Positions 1 to 10,699 of a stretch of 64,000 nt of DNA are shown here, piece by piece. The translations under genes and the position numbers were made by a program. Below the pieces are notes generated by a model that had not been told where the DNA came from, made no database searches, and saw nothing but the letters and a program-made list of their open reading frames with translations. Every line of letters starts with the position of its first letter. Positions within the stretch are counted from its first letter, which is position 1. Source of the stretch: a virus; IMG/VR virus record IMGVR_UViG_3300002835_000030, positions 1-64,000 of that record; one strand, 5' to 3'.

Positions 1-507
1 GCTAACAATGGTGGTGGTTTCAACGCTTACACTCAAAAAGAGTGGAATCAAACGTTGATTACTAAAATCAATCAAATCTCAGCTCAAATTCATAAGGCTA
101 CTTTAAGAGGTGGTGCTAACTTCATCGTTGTTTCGTCTGAAGTTTCTGCTATCTTTGATGACTTAGAATACTTCCACGTATCTAACGCATCTCCAGAGCA
201 AGATCAGTACAATATGGGTATTGAGAAGATTGGTTCATTAGGAGGAAGATATACTGTATATCGTGATCCATATGCACCGGCTAACTCAATCATCATTGGA
301 CACAAAGGAAAATCATTGTTGGATACTGGGTACGTTTACGCACCTTACGTACCTCTACAATTGACTCCTACGTTACAAAACCCGTTCAACTTCGCACCAA
401 CGAAGGGTATCATGACTAGATACGCTAAGAAAATGGTTAATAACCGTTTCTATGGTGTAGTTACAGTTGATGGAGTTCAAACATTCGATGTAAACGAATT
501 GAGATAA
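1..507 (+). CDS. gp23: Major capsid protein, T4 gp23-like (5'-truncated by window edge)
   Basis: Frame is open from base 1. It carries the gp23 C-terminal motifs RGGANFIVVS, YTVYRDPY, GYVYAPYVPL and GIMTRYAKKMV. Confidence 0.93.
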   Translation, partial: ANNGGGFNAYTQKEWNQTLITKINQISAQIHKATLRGGANFIVVSSEVSAIFDDLEYFHVSNASPEQDQYNMGIEKIGSLGGRYTVYRDPYAPANSIIIGHKGKSLLDTGYVYAPYVPLQLTPTLQNPFNFAPTKGIMTRYAKKMVNNRFYGVVTVDGVQTFDVNELR

Positions 508-527
508 TCGATTTAAAGAGTGAATAT

Positions 528-556
528 AAAAGGGTAGATTTTGTCTACCCTTTTTT
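528..556 (+). terminator. Rho-independent terminator after the capsid gene
   Basis: aaaagggtaga-ttttg-tctaccctttt stem-loop running into a T-tract. Confidence 0.85.
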
Positions 557-593
557 GTTTTATAAGATATTTATTATTATATTTACATTATAT

Positions 594-1457
594 ATGATAA
601 TCAAAAAGAAATACGTACTATTAGAGTCTTTATTAATAGATGATACAAATGAATTTGACGCAACTGAAAAAAGAATTTTTAAGACGTTAAATATCCAATA
701 CGGTGACCCAATGAAAGGTGGTGAGGAGGGTAAGAAACCATTCACTCAATGGGAAGTCGCAGCATGGTTAATTGAGAATATTGAAATTCCATATGATATG
801 GCTTATGGGTTGACAAAAACGTATTATTGGAACTACGATAAACTTTTTAGTGAAACGACTTCTCTTAGAAAAACAATCCCTTCCGCACAATTATTCAAGG
901 ATCATCATCAAACATTAAGTAAATTATTTAGAGATAAATTAACGAATGATTTATATGGGCAAATAAAAATTAATATTGATAGGGATACGGGTGTAGAAGA
1001 CATGAGAGATATTAATTTTTGGGGGGGATATTCGGGAGTTGTCCTATACTTACCTTTTATGACTATGGATAATAATGGCAATTATATCTATGGTGATGAT
1101 AGAAATGGTAGAAATTTAATAGTAGACGTATTTTACCGTATATTAGATAAGGAAGGTAATATTGTTGACGGTTATTTCACAGATGATAAGTATCAAGAAA
1201 AAATTGATAATGAAAAATTTAAGGTTGTCGTAAAATATACGTTAGGTGAGACAACTGATAGAGAAGGAAGTGGTAGACAGTTTAATTTAATGGAATTTGA
1301 TGTTCCATACCCTAAACCATTGTCTTTAAAAACATATTCAGAGATGTTAAATCTAATTTTGGGTGATGTCATTAAAAAGATAGAATCGATGACATTTACT
1401 TTACCTCCCCACTTAGACGGTTTTGAGGAATCTAGTGGAGATTCTCAACCTGATTAA
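594..1457 (+). CDS. Hypothetical protein, possibly head-packaged
   Basis: ATG at 594 follows ATATTTAT (567-574). N-terminus MIIKKKYVLLES resembles the LxE leader family. Confidence 0.6.
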   Translation: MIIKKKYVLLESLLIDDTNEFDATEKRIFKTLNIQYGDPMKGGEEGKKPFTQWEVAAWLIENIEIPYDMAYGLTKTYYWNYDKLFSETTSLRKTIPSAQLFKDHHQTLSKLFRDKLTNDLYGQIKINIDRDTGVEDMRDINFWGGYSGVVLYLPFMTMDNNGNYIYGDDRNGRNLIVDVFYRILDKEGNIVDGYFTDDKYQEKIDNEKFKVVVKYTLGETTDREGSGRQFNLMEFDVPYPKPLSLKTYSEMLNLILGDVIKKIESMTFTLPPHLDGFEESSGDSQPD

Positions 1458-2838
1458 CAATATTAAACTTTAGGGTATTGGTATATGTCTTAACTAATTG
1501 GTTAGACGTTAATTTAATATCGATATAATATTCATTAGGTATCATCCAAGAAGTATCTAAAATAAAATAATTTTTAAGGTAAGATTTATTTACATCAGTC
1601 CAATTAATAACGTTAACTTCAGTATTACCTTCTCTAATCCACAATCTATACTGTAATCCATCTATCACAGATGTTTCGTTTACCGTATAAGGTATTCTAG
1701 CATTAACAAATACTTTTCTTTGATCACCTCTCTTTATTTTTTCATCTCTTCTAATACCACTTAAATTAAATGTATATTCTATTGGTAAAGATTCTGAATC
1801 ACCAAAGTTATAATATTCTGTATCATCCTTAATCTCAAATTGTAGGGTAACATTAGGACGATTAATTCCATTTATAACAATATTTGACCAAGTATCGGTA
1901 AATATTGTACAATCTGAAGATGTGATAGGTACAAATAATTCTATATAATAAACACCTTTAGTTTGTTGTACTACATTATTACTTGTGAATGAGGAGAATA
2001 ATGTACCATTACCATTTTTAACTACTACAGATGGTTTAGAACCCAAATTAGTCGGTTCTCCACCTAGATTAGTGTATAAGTATAGTCTATTAGTCTTTCC
2101 TCGATAAAAGTTCTTCCTGTCGTCTCTAATGGGGTTATTATAAGATGTCTCCACAAAAGGTTCATAATATGTTTGTGTGTGTCTGGTAAAGAATCCTACA
2201 TATTGTGATGGTACAACTTCTTTGGTTTCCAAATCCCTTTCAAATGCAATACCATATCCATAGTTTGTTGTCCCACCAGTAATTAAACTATTTACTTCAT
2301 TGGTAATATCCATTTCAATATTTTCATTACCTTTATCGAAATGTTGTGTTGTTACAGTAATACCTGAAGGTGATCCCGAATAAACACCAGGTTCGTCCCA
2401 CGCATTTGTTGTAGTCGCATTAACCCAATTACTCGCAGATTCTACGAATGTAATATCGTCACTAGGATGTAATCCCATAAATTGTTGGTAGTCGTATCCA
2501 CAACCTTCATCCCATAATTTATTAACTCTAAATAAAACTAAATCAAAAGAAGATGTTCTTTGTTTACCATCTAATAATTTTTGTGCTTGCAAATCTCTAT
2601 CAAAGAATGAACTATTAGTCATTCTTAAAGTATGTGTAACATTAGATAAGTCACCTAATTCACCATTATTATATTTTTGTTGTAAATCTGAAATATCAAA
2701 ATATAATAAGTGTCTGGTGTAATCAGTTTGAGTTTCTTTTCCCCCATAATATAATTCGGCGATAGGATTTCTACCTGTATTTATTAGGGTTCCGAATATG
2801 ATTGTATTGTTTTTATCTATATAAGTTCTAGTTACCAT
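1432..2838 (-). CDS. Virion structural protein (DNRLRE-like beta domain plus Ig-like domains)
   Basis: 468 aa beta-rich ORF with motifs TRHLLYFDI and WDEGCGYDY. It has a late-promoter motif upstream and lies next to the spike gene. Confidence 0.6.
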   Translation of the reverse strand: MVTRTYIDKNNTIIFGTLINTGRNPIAELYYGGKETQTDYTRHLLYFDISDLQQKYNNGELGDLSNVTHTLRMTNSSFFDRDLQAQKLLDGKQRTSSFDLVLFRVNKLWDEGCGYDYQQFMGLHPSDDITFVESASNWVNATTTNAWDEPGVYSGSPSGITVTTQHFDKGNENIEMDITNEVNSLITGGTTNYGYGIAFERDLETKEVVPSQYVGFFTRHTQTYYEPFVETSYNNPIRDDRKNFYRGKTNRLYLYTNLGGEPTNLGSKPSVVVKNGNGTLFSSFTSNNVVQQTKGVYYIELFVPITSSDCTIFTDTWSNIVINGINRPNVTLQFEIKDDTEYYNFGDSESLPIEYTFNLSGIRRDEKIKRGDQRKVFVNARIPYTVNETSVIDGLQYRLWIREGNTEVNVINWTDVNKSYLKNYFILDTSWMIPNEYYIDIKLTSNQLVKTYTNTLKFNIVNQVENLH

Positions 2839-2859
2839 ACCTTTTTATAAATAAATATC

Positions 2860-4167
2860 TTAATTACTATTAATGTTCTTATTTAATATCCTATTTAAGT
2901 CAAATCTTATGACATCAGTTGTTGTGGTACTAGGATCCGCAGGTAATCCATGATATGGATGAACATGTGAGATAACATATTGTTTAACTAATTCTAAAAA
3001 TTCCACTAATGTGTCACCATAGACTAATGGGTGTGCACCTTTATTGATTTTCTCTTGTTCTTCATCAGTTATCAAACCTTTAGGGTCAGTTAAATTAAAT
3101 GTGTGTTCACCATCATGACTAATTAAGTTTATTTTATTGGCAACAACATTAACTACACTACTTTTTTTACCGGTATTTTTTTCTAATCTAACTGTTTTAA
3201 TTGTCTTTTTTGGTCCTGGTATTGGTGTGTTAGTAAAAACAGATATGTTACCACTTACATTAGGTAAGGTATTTAGATAATCTTTTACGGTAGATTTAAT
3301 TTTCCACTGTGTACCTTTATTTGCGTCAACGTATGTTTTTACCGCAGTCAAGGCTAAATCTCTAGATTGTGAACCCACAAAAGAACTCACATTCTCAAAT
3401 GAACTTTTAAGTGTGTTTAATTTAATATCATAAACCTTAACAAATACTTCGGTCCTATCAATATCACTTTCTCTATATCTACTCTCCTCTAAATCGCCAG
3501 ATAAGATAACACCACTATTAGTTATGCTATTTATTTCGACAGTCACAAGAGTATCAGGTATTGGTATGATACTAGTTTGTATCACTCTATCTTCAACGAC
3601 TCTTTTCAATTTTTCGTTACCGTATTTCAGTTGGATGTAACCTAAATTTTTATTATTAAATTTTCTAGGATCACTTTCTAAAGTCTTACCGACTCTCAAC
3701 CACATTTCTCTATCTTTTTGTATGATATCCGTATTATATCTACCTTGTAATACAATATCTTCATCATTACCATATGCACCAGGCTCTACTTTGGGGTCAT
3801 TTAATTTCACATAACCGTTAGGTAATATAGATAAGGCAGAATTATATTGTTCCTCATTTAAATTTGTTGGTTGAGTAATCAACGGTCCGATCCAAAATCT
3901 AGTATTTTTAAATGATGAGGTTGGGGAGGAATTATTATATTCATATTGAAACACAAATACACATTCACCTACTTTTGGTAGAGTTACTAAATATTTTGGT
4001 AGTAGTGGTACACAATCTATAAGTTCTAAATCACCTTCAGTGTCAATACCAGTAATTTTCACTTTAATTCTACCTGATTTAGTATTATCTACAATTGATC
4101 TAACCTCACCGACTTTGATTATTGGTATGGTGTTAATATTGGTACTGTCACTATAATAATTACCCAT
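2860..4167 (-). CDS. Baseplate central spike, gp5/VgrG-like
   Basis: N-terminal OB fold (GEVRSIVD..SGRIKVKI..LPKVGECVFV) and a C-terminal HxH tip motif (SHVHPYH). Confidence 0.75.
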   Translation of the reverse strand: MGNYYSDSTNINTIPIIKVGEVRSIVDNTKSGRIKVKITGIDTEGDLELIDCVPLLPKYLVTLPKVGECVFVFQYEYNNSSPTSSFKNTRFWIGPLITQPTNLNEEQYNSALSILPNGYVKLNDPKVEPGAYGNDEDIVLQGRYNTDIIQKDREMWLRVGKTLESDPRKFNNKNLGYIQLKYGNEKLKRVVEDRVIQTSIIPIPDTLVTVEINSITNSGVILSGDLEESRYRESDIDRTEVFVKVYDIKLNTLKSSFENVSSFVGSQSRDLALTAVKTYVDANKGTQWKIKSTVKDYLNTLPNVSGNISVFTNTPIPGPKKTIKTVRLEKNTGKKSSVVNVVANKINLISHDGEHTFNLTDPKGLITDEEQEKINKGAHPLVYGDTLVEFLELVKQYVISHVHPYHGLPADPSTTTTDVIRFDLNRILNKNINSN

Positions 4168-4349
4168 TATTCTTCTCCTTTATATCTTTTAGTTAAAATA
4201 GTATTACCTAATAAATATTCCTTTTCAGTTAATTCTAATTTTTCAGATAATGATATTATTTTTTCTTTTATACTTTTTTGTTGGTGTGCGAGTTCCTCTA
4301 GTTGCATTTTTATGGACGCGTTACTCATATTTTTCCAATCTATTTTCAT
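4167..4349 (-). CDS. Small coiled-coil hypothetical protein
   Basis: 60 aa ORF translationally coupled to its neighbours. Confidence 0.6.
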   Translation of the reverse strand: MKIDWKNMSNASIKMQLEELAHQQKSIKEKIISLSEKLELTEKEYLLGNTILTKRYKGEE

Positions 4350-4352
4350 ATA

Positions 4353-4757
4353 CTATCTTATAATACCTTCACCCTTACTTATACCTATAGTTGTCCCAAC
4401 AACTACTATTGGCCCACCCGCATTACCACCAGTTGCTTGTATAGGTGTACCTGGAGGTATCGCCACTTCAATCTTCGCCTTAGTTAAAAGTGCGTTTAAA
4501 ATTTCTTCGACTCTTATTACTTCCATTTTCAATTCAATATTTTCTGAACCACTAGGTAATGGACCAATACCTACCCCTATCTCCTTTTTTCTCTCTATTA
4601 TTTTAGACGCAATATCTATCGCACTTAAACCTTCTCTAAATTTAGCCCCAATCAAAATCTCTTGTTTACTTATAGGTTGTAAAGGTGTAGATGGTTTAAA
4701 TAAATTTTTAAACAAATTCCTAATAGTGCTAATTGTAGTATTAAAATTGGTTGCCAT
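4353..4757 (-). CDS. Hypothetical baseplate/spike-associated protein
   Basis: Gly-rich beta C-terminus (IPPGTPIQATGGNAGGPIVVVG), upstream of the gp5-like gene in the same operon. Confidence 0.55.
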   Translation of the reverse strand: MATNFNTTISTIRNLFKNLFKPSTPLQPISKQEILIGAKFREGLSAIDIASKIIERKKEIGVGIGPLPSGSENIELKMEVIRVEEILNALLTKAKIEVAIPPGTPIQATGGNAGGPIVVVGTTIGISKGEGIIR

Positions 4758-4768
4758 AATATTTTATT

Positions 4769-6442
4769 TTAAAAATCACAAAATCTATTTTTTCTATTAA
4801 ATTGTGAATTAACATTATTTAATGAATCTAAATTCACTTTATCTGTAAACCCTCTAGCGGTATCTACAACACCCTCTACCTTACCAAATAAATTATTTAC
4901 ATTTTCAATCTGTTCATTTACAAACCCAGGTAATAAACTTAGTCTAGATTTTAATAGGTTAATGTTTTTTTCTTTTATTTTTTTAGTTAATACACACAAT
5001 ATTAATTGTTTTAATCTATTTATCACTAAAGGTAATAAATAATCGTAAATTAACCTTCGTATAATTTCACCTATAACATCTCTAATTATACACTCATATT
5101 CTTTAAGTATTTTTTTAACAGATATTTCAGTGACAGGTTTACTATTAACTAAATAATAGAATAAATTTAACATTAGTAAATTCTTAGGTGATAATACTAA
5201 TTTAGTTAACACAATTTGTAGTGAGGTAATAAAATTAGATAAGAACTCACCAGATGCCCCATCTTTATCTAAGTTTTTCACATTTTCAGTTGATTCTTTA
5301 ATTAAATCATCAATCGATTTAGTATATGTGTTAATTTTTTCTTGTAAATTAGAAGAATTTTTTAAACTATCATTAATATTTTTTAATGTGTCAAATGATA
5401 TAGTACTAATTTCTTTACCACAACATTTTTTAAATTTTTTCACACCCGATTTCTTCTCTTTAACTTTTTCTTTGATATTACTTAATTGTTTACTATCAAA
5501 AGTATAAAAACTCTCATCGAATTCAATTTCAACATTATCAATGCCTGCATCTATATAGTCGTCAATTGAATTCTCCAATTCTACTACCTTATTTAAACAC
5601 GCCTCAGGTAATTTTATTTTATTTGTTAAAGTACCATATAAGAGATCAATTACATTAGGTATAGTTTTATCTACATCGAACAAAGGTTGTTGACTATTAA
5701 AATAATCTACTAATAGTGTAATTAATGTTTTATTTTGATAATTACTATTCAAAACTCTAATATTAAATACCCTTGGTCTAGGTTCTATATTTTGATATTC
5801 CACAGTACCATCATTTTGGGTGTATGCGATGGGACTGTTTTCATAATAACGAACCTCTAAAATCTCTTTCCCATTTGTAGGGTTAGCCCATATTAAAGGA
5901 TTCCCATTTTCCTGTATAACTTCCCATAAAAATGCGTTGACATCATTAGACGAATCACCATCATAAAATAACTTCCCTATTTCGGTGTTTGGGTTTGCGG
6001 CGAATAAACAAGTTAAGTCTAATTTATTAATTTCAATATTTATCCCAACACCCTCTACTCCGCTAGATGGTTGTACTTGATATAACCATTCAGGTATTTT
6101 GGGTTCTATTTTACAAGCGTAACAACTTTTTATCGATTCAATAAAATTAACTGATAAATCTTCAGAGAGAGGTTGTAATTGTTCTACTAACCAGTTTATT
6201 AACTGCATCCTCATTTCATCAAAGTTTATTCCTGACACTAAAGCTAGCACATCTGCAAGTAAATCAATTACTTTTTGACTTGGATTTAAATTAGGGACTT
6301 CAGGTATTAAATTAGGAATACTTAAATCAGGTAGATTATTACAAATAGTTTTATTTAAATTTATCAACTCAAATATCTCCCTTTTTGCATCCGTAAAAAC
6401 GTCTTTAGGTTTACATACAACATTTCTAAATTTATTGCTCAT
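4769..6442 (-). CDS. Hypothetical protein (baseplate block)
   Basis: 557 aa ORF co-oriented in the late operon. Confidence 0.6.
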   Translation of the reverse strand: MSNKFRNVVCKPKDVFTDAKREIFELINLNKTICNNLPDLSIPNLIPEVPNLNPSQKVIDLLADVLALVSGINFDEMRMQLINWLVEQLQPLSEDLSVNFIESIKSCYACKIEPKIPEWLYQVQPSSGVEGVGINIEINKLDLTCLFAANPNTEIGKLFYDGDSSNDVNAFLWEVIQENGNPLIWANPTNGKEILEVRYYENSPIAYTQNDGTVEYQNIEPRPRVFNIRVLNSNYQNKTLITLLVDYFNSQQPLFDVDKTIPNVIDLLYGTLTNKIKLPEACLNKVVELENSIDDYIDAGIDNVEIEFDESFYTFDSKQLSNIKEKVKEKKSGVKKFKKCCGKEISTISFDTLKNINDSLKNSSNLQEKINTYTKSIDDLIKESTENVKNLDKDGASGEFLSNFITSLQIVLTKLVLSPKNLLMLNLFYYLVNSKPVTEISVKKILKEYECIIRDVIGEIIRRLIYDYLLPLVINRLKQLILCVLTKKIKEKNINLLKSRLSLLPGFVNEQIENVNNLFGKVEGVVDTARGFTDKVNLDSLNNVNSQFNRKNRFCDF

Positions 6443-6448
6443 AACTTT

Positions 6449-6829
6449 CTAATCTATGTCGTACTCAGTATTCTTATTGTTCGATTTTTCTTTAAATAAT
6501 TCTCTAAGTATGTTTTTATCTTCTTCTGTTATACTACTATCAATATTATTTTGACCATCATCTGATTTAGTACCAATTATTTGAGTCTGTAGTTTAGCTA
6601 ACGCGATTTTTTTATCGACAGTACTTTCTAAAATTTTGATGGTTTCATTATTAACTTTACCTATTTGGTATTCGTCATTAGTATCTTCTATCTCCGCTCT
6701 TTGTTTTCTTTCGTTAAGCTCTCTTCTAGCATTATTCATAATGGTATTACAATCATTATAAATTTCTTGCATTAATTCCTGAAGACTATTCTTATCTAAA
6801 TTTATTTTAGTTTTTTTAGGTCTAGCCAT
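6449..6829 (-). CDS. Hypothetical helical protein
   Basis: 126 aa, with ATATTTAT motif upstream (6845-6852, minus strand). Confidence 0.6.
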   Translation of the reverse strand: MARPKKTKINLDKNSLQELMQEIYNDCNTIMNNARRELNERKQRAEIEDTNDEYQIGKVNNETIKILESTVDKKIALAKLQTQIIGTKSDDGQNNIDSSITEEDKNILRELFKEKSNNKNTEYDID

Positions 6830-6867
6830 AAATTGTGTTTTATTATAAATATCTTTTGTTTATTTTT

Positions 6868-7602
6868 TTATAATAAATCGTTTTCTATTTTATCATTTTT
6901 GAAAAGTGAGTACATTTTTTTATATCTTCTCATACCAACCCTAATATCTTTAGTAGTTAAATCAGTAATTTCTCTGATGTATGATAAGATAAGATTTTTA
7001 TTATATTTATTACCACTTTCAATTTGTTCAAATATGGTTTCCCAATCATCTAAAATTTTACATAGGGCATCTCCAACCTTAATTTCTGTTTCAGATAACT
7101 TACTATAAAGTAATTCAGATTTAATATTAGCCGATACCTCTTTAATAAAACTATCTAATTGCATTTTTTGATCGTCTATGCAATATATCTGATTATTCAT
7201 AGTTTCTATTGTCTTATGAACATCTTCATAAGAAACATCATATCTAATCTTTTTATCATCTTTGATCAATTGACCTAAAAGATAATGTTTACAAATTGTA
7301 CCAAAATAAGAATACGCCTTTTTATTCTTATCCGGTTTAAAGTTGTGCATTTTAGTTATTAGAAATGATAGAGTATCCGAATGGACATCTTCATATTCGT
7401 ATTCTTTTCTGTACAACTTATACCTCCTTATGATGGACTCAACCATCTTATTTATCGGGTTTTTTAGAAATTCATTATAAATTTTATTTCTTTCACTATA
7501 TGACTCACTTGTTAAAAACTTAACTACTGCTTCCTCTTGGTCTGGACCAAAATATAAATTTGATGTTCTCTTTCTACCCCTTTTTTTGGGTTCTTCAGAC
7601 AT
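6868..7602 (-). CDS. Phage late-transcription sigma factor, gp55-like
   Basis: Sigma region-2-like NFKPDKNKKAYSYFGTICKHYL resembles the gp55 'NF.P.K..N.F.YFT' motif. Confidence 0.7.
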   Translation of the reverse strand: MSEEPKKRGRKRTSNLYFGPDQEEAVVKFLTSESYSERNKIYNEFLKNPINKMVESIIRRYKLYRKEYEYEDVHSDTLSFLITKMHNFKPDKNKKAYSYFGTICKHYLLGQLIKDDKKIRYDVSYEDVHKTIETMNNQIYCIDDQKMQLDSFIKEVSANIKSELLYSKLSETEIKVGDALCKILDDWETIFEQIESGNKYNKNLILSYIREITDLTTKDIRVGMRRYKKMYSLFKNDKIENDLL

Positions 7603-7612
7603 TACATTTTAT

Positions 7613-8395
7613 TTATACTTCATATGTTATTTCTCTATCATTAGTGAAAAAATATTCTTTCTTTGCTTTGTTCACCCAAAACTTACTTTCTAATACATCG
7701 ATTGTTGACTTATATTCTACGAATAAAGAACCCTCTCTATTGTTAGTATGTTTGTAACCTAATTTAGGTATAACCATAATAGGAATGGATAGATAAGACA
7801 TTCTTAGTAAGAATTCATAAGTAAATGTAAGTTTCATATGTGATTTTAAACCACCATTATCTAAGAAACTATCTCTTTTTACTATCATTCCATCAAAGTT
7901 AAAGTTTTGGGCTCTGAGTAATGTATTATTATCTATTCTACCAATTTCTTCTGAGAAATCTTTAGCCCATACACTTTCATTAGTAAATGAAATAAATTTA
8001 CCATTTTCATCAGTTTCATAGACAATAGGTAAAAATACACCCACTTCTGGATATGCGTTAATATATTCTACACCATTTTTAATCCATATTGGTGATACCT
8101 CATCATCATACTCTACAAAAGTGAAATAATCACCCGTACTTTTTTCTACACCATAATTAATCTGTGTTTGAAAATCATATTTTCCGGTTTCATTCTCAAT
8201 GACTTTAGTAACGTCTTTGATATCACCGAAATCGTAATTATTTAAATAGTTTTTTACACTCTCATCATTAGATGTTACAAAAATAACCTCATAAGGTTTA
8301 ATCTTTTGTGATTTTATACTCTCAATACAACCGACTAAATAATTTTCTTCTAGTTTGTGTACTGGTACTACTATTGTAATATTTGACATATTCAT
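7613..8395 (-). CDS. Glycosyltransferase family 2
   Basis: ITIVVPVH N-terminus, GDYFTFVEYDDE (DxD-like), YEFLLRM. Confidence 0.85.
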   Translation of the reverse strand: MNMSNITIVVPVHKLEENYLVGCIESIKSQKIKPYEVIFVTSNDESVKNYLNNYDFGDIKDVTKVIENETGKYDFQTQINYGVEKSTGDYFTFVEYDDEVSPIWIKNGVEYINAYPEVGVFLPIVYETDENGKFISFTNESVWAKDFSEEIGRIDNNTLLRAQNFNFDGMIVKRDSFLDNGGLKSHMKLTFTYEFLLRMSYLSIPIMVIPKLGYKHTNNREGSLFVEYKSTIDVLESKFWVNKAKKEYFFTNDREITYEV

Positions 8396-8412
8396 TTTTT
8401 TATTTTTAATTG

Positions 8413-8550
8413 TTATCTACCTTGACCTCTATAACTTTTCTTATAAAGTTCACTATTTTTAGTCTTGCTAGTTTTTGTTTTAGCGTGTACACCTTTTCTC
8501 TTTACACGAGTATTAGATACATTCTTAATTGTGGTAGCACCTTTAGCCAT
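8413..8550 (-). CDS. Small highly basic 45-aa protein (not in ORF track)
   Basis: MAKGATTIKNVSNTRVKRKGVHAKTKTSKTKNSELYKKSYRGQGR*. It overlaps the upstream stop and fills the gap between two GT genes. Confidence 0.8.
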   Translation of the reverse strand: MAKGATTIKNVSNTRVKRKGVHAKTKTSKTKNSELYKKSYRGQGR

Positions 8551-9682
8551 TGGTTTCGTTATTTCCTATAGTTATTAGTTCTTTTTCTTGAAGTTGGTTG
8601 TAAGTTGATTCTAACTCAACAACTCTTCTTTTAAAGATACCATCATACACTTCAGACAAAATTTCATTAGATTCTTCTTCCACATATTTGTTTTCCCATT
8701 CACTCATACCTTCCATAATGTTTTGAGGTAGTGCATCTTCTAAGTAAAGTCCCACCATAGTTGCAATAATATCAGGAATCGCATTCATATTAGGAGTCCA
8801 TATACCGTTGTCATTTAGGTTTAGGTTACCATTTTGATCGATAGATCCCATCCATTCAGGAATCATTCTAGGAATTTTACCAATGACAGGTGTATTAGAT
8901 TTCATACACTCTAACGGGAATGTCCCAAAACTTGATAATTCATCTACCCAAACACCTAAGAAAGATTGACTTAATTCTTTTGCGAAAGTTTCCCTAGGTA
9001 ATCCCGCCATATCTCTGAATGACACAAATCTATAGTGAGGGTATTTCTGATAAAATACTTTTACAATTTTCAATAATTCTCTTTTATCTCTCGCAACCAT
9101 CGCAACTGTAGGTATTTTAGGTTTATCACTATTTTTAAAATAAGATGGAATACTCACAGGTACTTCATCAGTTCTAATACCCCTAAATACTGAATTTGCA
9201 TAATCAGAAAGATTCTTATTAGTAGTAATCACATCTCTTATCCCAAATTGTTCCCAACCTTCACCTATTTCTAACATCTCAAAGATATATTCGTATGATT
9301 GTAGGAAAACAATTCTTTTACAAGGGAAGTTTGCGGTTTGTTTAATAATACTTGCAAACGCTTCAGGAATAATAACAAAATCTGAAGGACCAACTTGTAA
9401 TTGTTGTGATTCTATAGAGACATGTGGTAAATTTGCATATTCTTCACCTAACCACTCTGCGATACCCATACCTTCTTCATCCTCACTGAGTTTATAATCA
9501 TTTTTGTCGTGAAGAATTTGAGCGTTATAACCCAGTTCTCTAAGTTGTTTTACGTGTTCGTAAATTGTTGCAACACCTGCGGTTGGATTACCTTTGGTGT
9601 CAATAGTGAAAAAATAGATACCGAAATCTTTATTGTTAATTTTGTCGATACTACTTTTAATTCTGTCTAATTGTTCACTCAT
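8543..9682 (-). CDS. GT-B fold glycosyltransferase (GT4-like)
   Basis: GVATIYEH, DFVIIPE and SFGTFPLECMKSNTPVIG motifs. Confidence 0.8.
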   Translation of the reverse strand: MSEQLDRIKSSIDKINNKDFGIYFFTIDTKGNPTAGVATIYEHVKQLRELGYNAQILHDKNDYKLSEDEEGMGIAEWLGEEYANLPHVSIESQQLQVGPSDFVIIPEAFASIIKQTANFPCKRIVFLQSYEYIFEMLEIGEGWEQFGIRDVITTNKNLSDYANSVFRGIRTDEVPVSIPSYFKNSDKPKIPTVAMVARDKRELLKIVKVFYQKYPHYRFVSFRDMAGLPRETFAKELSQSFLGVWVDELSSFGTFPLECMKSNTPVIGKIPRMIPEWMGSIDQNGNLNLNDNGIWTPNMNAIPDIIATMVGLYLEDALPQNIMEGMSEWENKYVEEESNEILSEVYDGIFKRRVVELESTYNQLQEKELITIGNNETNG

Positions 9683-9703
9683 AACATTTATTTGTTTTTA
9701 TTA

Positions 9704-10036
9704 TTATAATTCTTTAAGTATACCTTTCATCAATAAAGTATTAAAGGCAATCTTAAAAGGTATTGTTGCATTGTTGAGTGCAACCATACCCATTTTATTA
9801 TCTACTTCTTCGTTATACATCATAAGTGCACCGATCATATCACGATACATTTCATATTTTGTACCATCAATATGTAACTCAACCATGTTCGGTAGAGGTT
9901 CTTCCATTCCAGCATCACATTGACTTTCATTAACCGTCAATGGTTGTGATTCTTGTTCGATTCGAACTATTTCTGACAATCTATCAATGTCAAGGTATAA
10001 TTCTTTACCTCCGATATCTAACAATAAGTTATCCAT
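9704..10036 (-). CDS. Hypothetical protein
   Basis: 110 aa ORF in operon. Confidence 0.6.
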   Translation of the reverse strand: MDNLLLDIGGKELYLDIDRLSEIVRIEQESQPLTVNESQCDAGMEEPLPNMVELHIDGTKYEMYRDMIGALMMYNEEVDNKMGMVALNNATIPFKIAFNTLLMKGILKEL

Positions 10037-10081
10037 ATGATTTTTTTATTAAATTTATGTAAAATTCTAAATTAGTAAATA

Positions 10082-10699
10082 TTAAATGTCCTCAAACTCG
10101 ATAGTTTCTGTTCCTAATATTTTTTCTAATATTTTTTTATCATCTAAAATTTCTTTTAGATCTAAAATTGTGTAATCTGCGTCGCAATCCTTATTATAGT
10201 GATTTATAACTTTAATCGATACTTTTTCTTTTGGTTTAGTTTCTAATGTTGTTGGATTTGCAGTGATAAGAACATCCACATGTTCCCATTTTTTATGATA
10301 ATCTTTAACAAAAACAATATTATTTACCTTCGCTGAAAGTTTAGATAAAAAGAATAATGTTGCGGGTTTACTATTATTTAATTCTTTACTGATCACAATG
10401 GGTGTATGTCCCATATCTTCTATTAGATTATGTAGTTGGTTTAGGTGTTCTACAGAATTAAGTTTTGTCTCACCTGCGTGTCCAAATATTTCTAAAGATG
10501 AATCGATATAGAGAAATCTATTAAGTTCTTCAGTACCACCACTAAATTCAAAATGTTCTAAAAGATTTAAAGTGTTAATGTCTCTCTTAGGTAATTCCTC
10601 TCCTTCTTCTAATTCCGCAAGGTAATATTTGTCATATACCGACTCAAACTTACTTATAAAATCTCTTACTACACCATCAATTGTTATTCCTATTCTCAT
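10082..10699 (-). CDS. 5'(3')-deoxyribonucleotidase-like HAD-fold protein (degenerate catalytic motifs)
   Basis: MRIGITIDGVVRD matches NT5C-type IGIDIDGV with the nucleophile Asp replaced by Thr. Confidence 0.65.
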   Translation of the reverse strand: MRIGITIDGVVRDFISKFESVYDKYYLAELEEGEELPKRDINTLNLLEHFEFSGGTEELNRFLYIDSSLEIFGHAGETKLNSVEHLNQLHNLIEDMGHTPIVISKELNNSKPATLFFLSKLSAKVNNIVFVKDYHKKWEHVDVLITANPTTLETKPKEKVSIKVINHYNKDCDADYTILDLKEILDDKKILEKILGTETIEFEDI

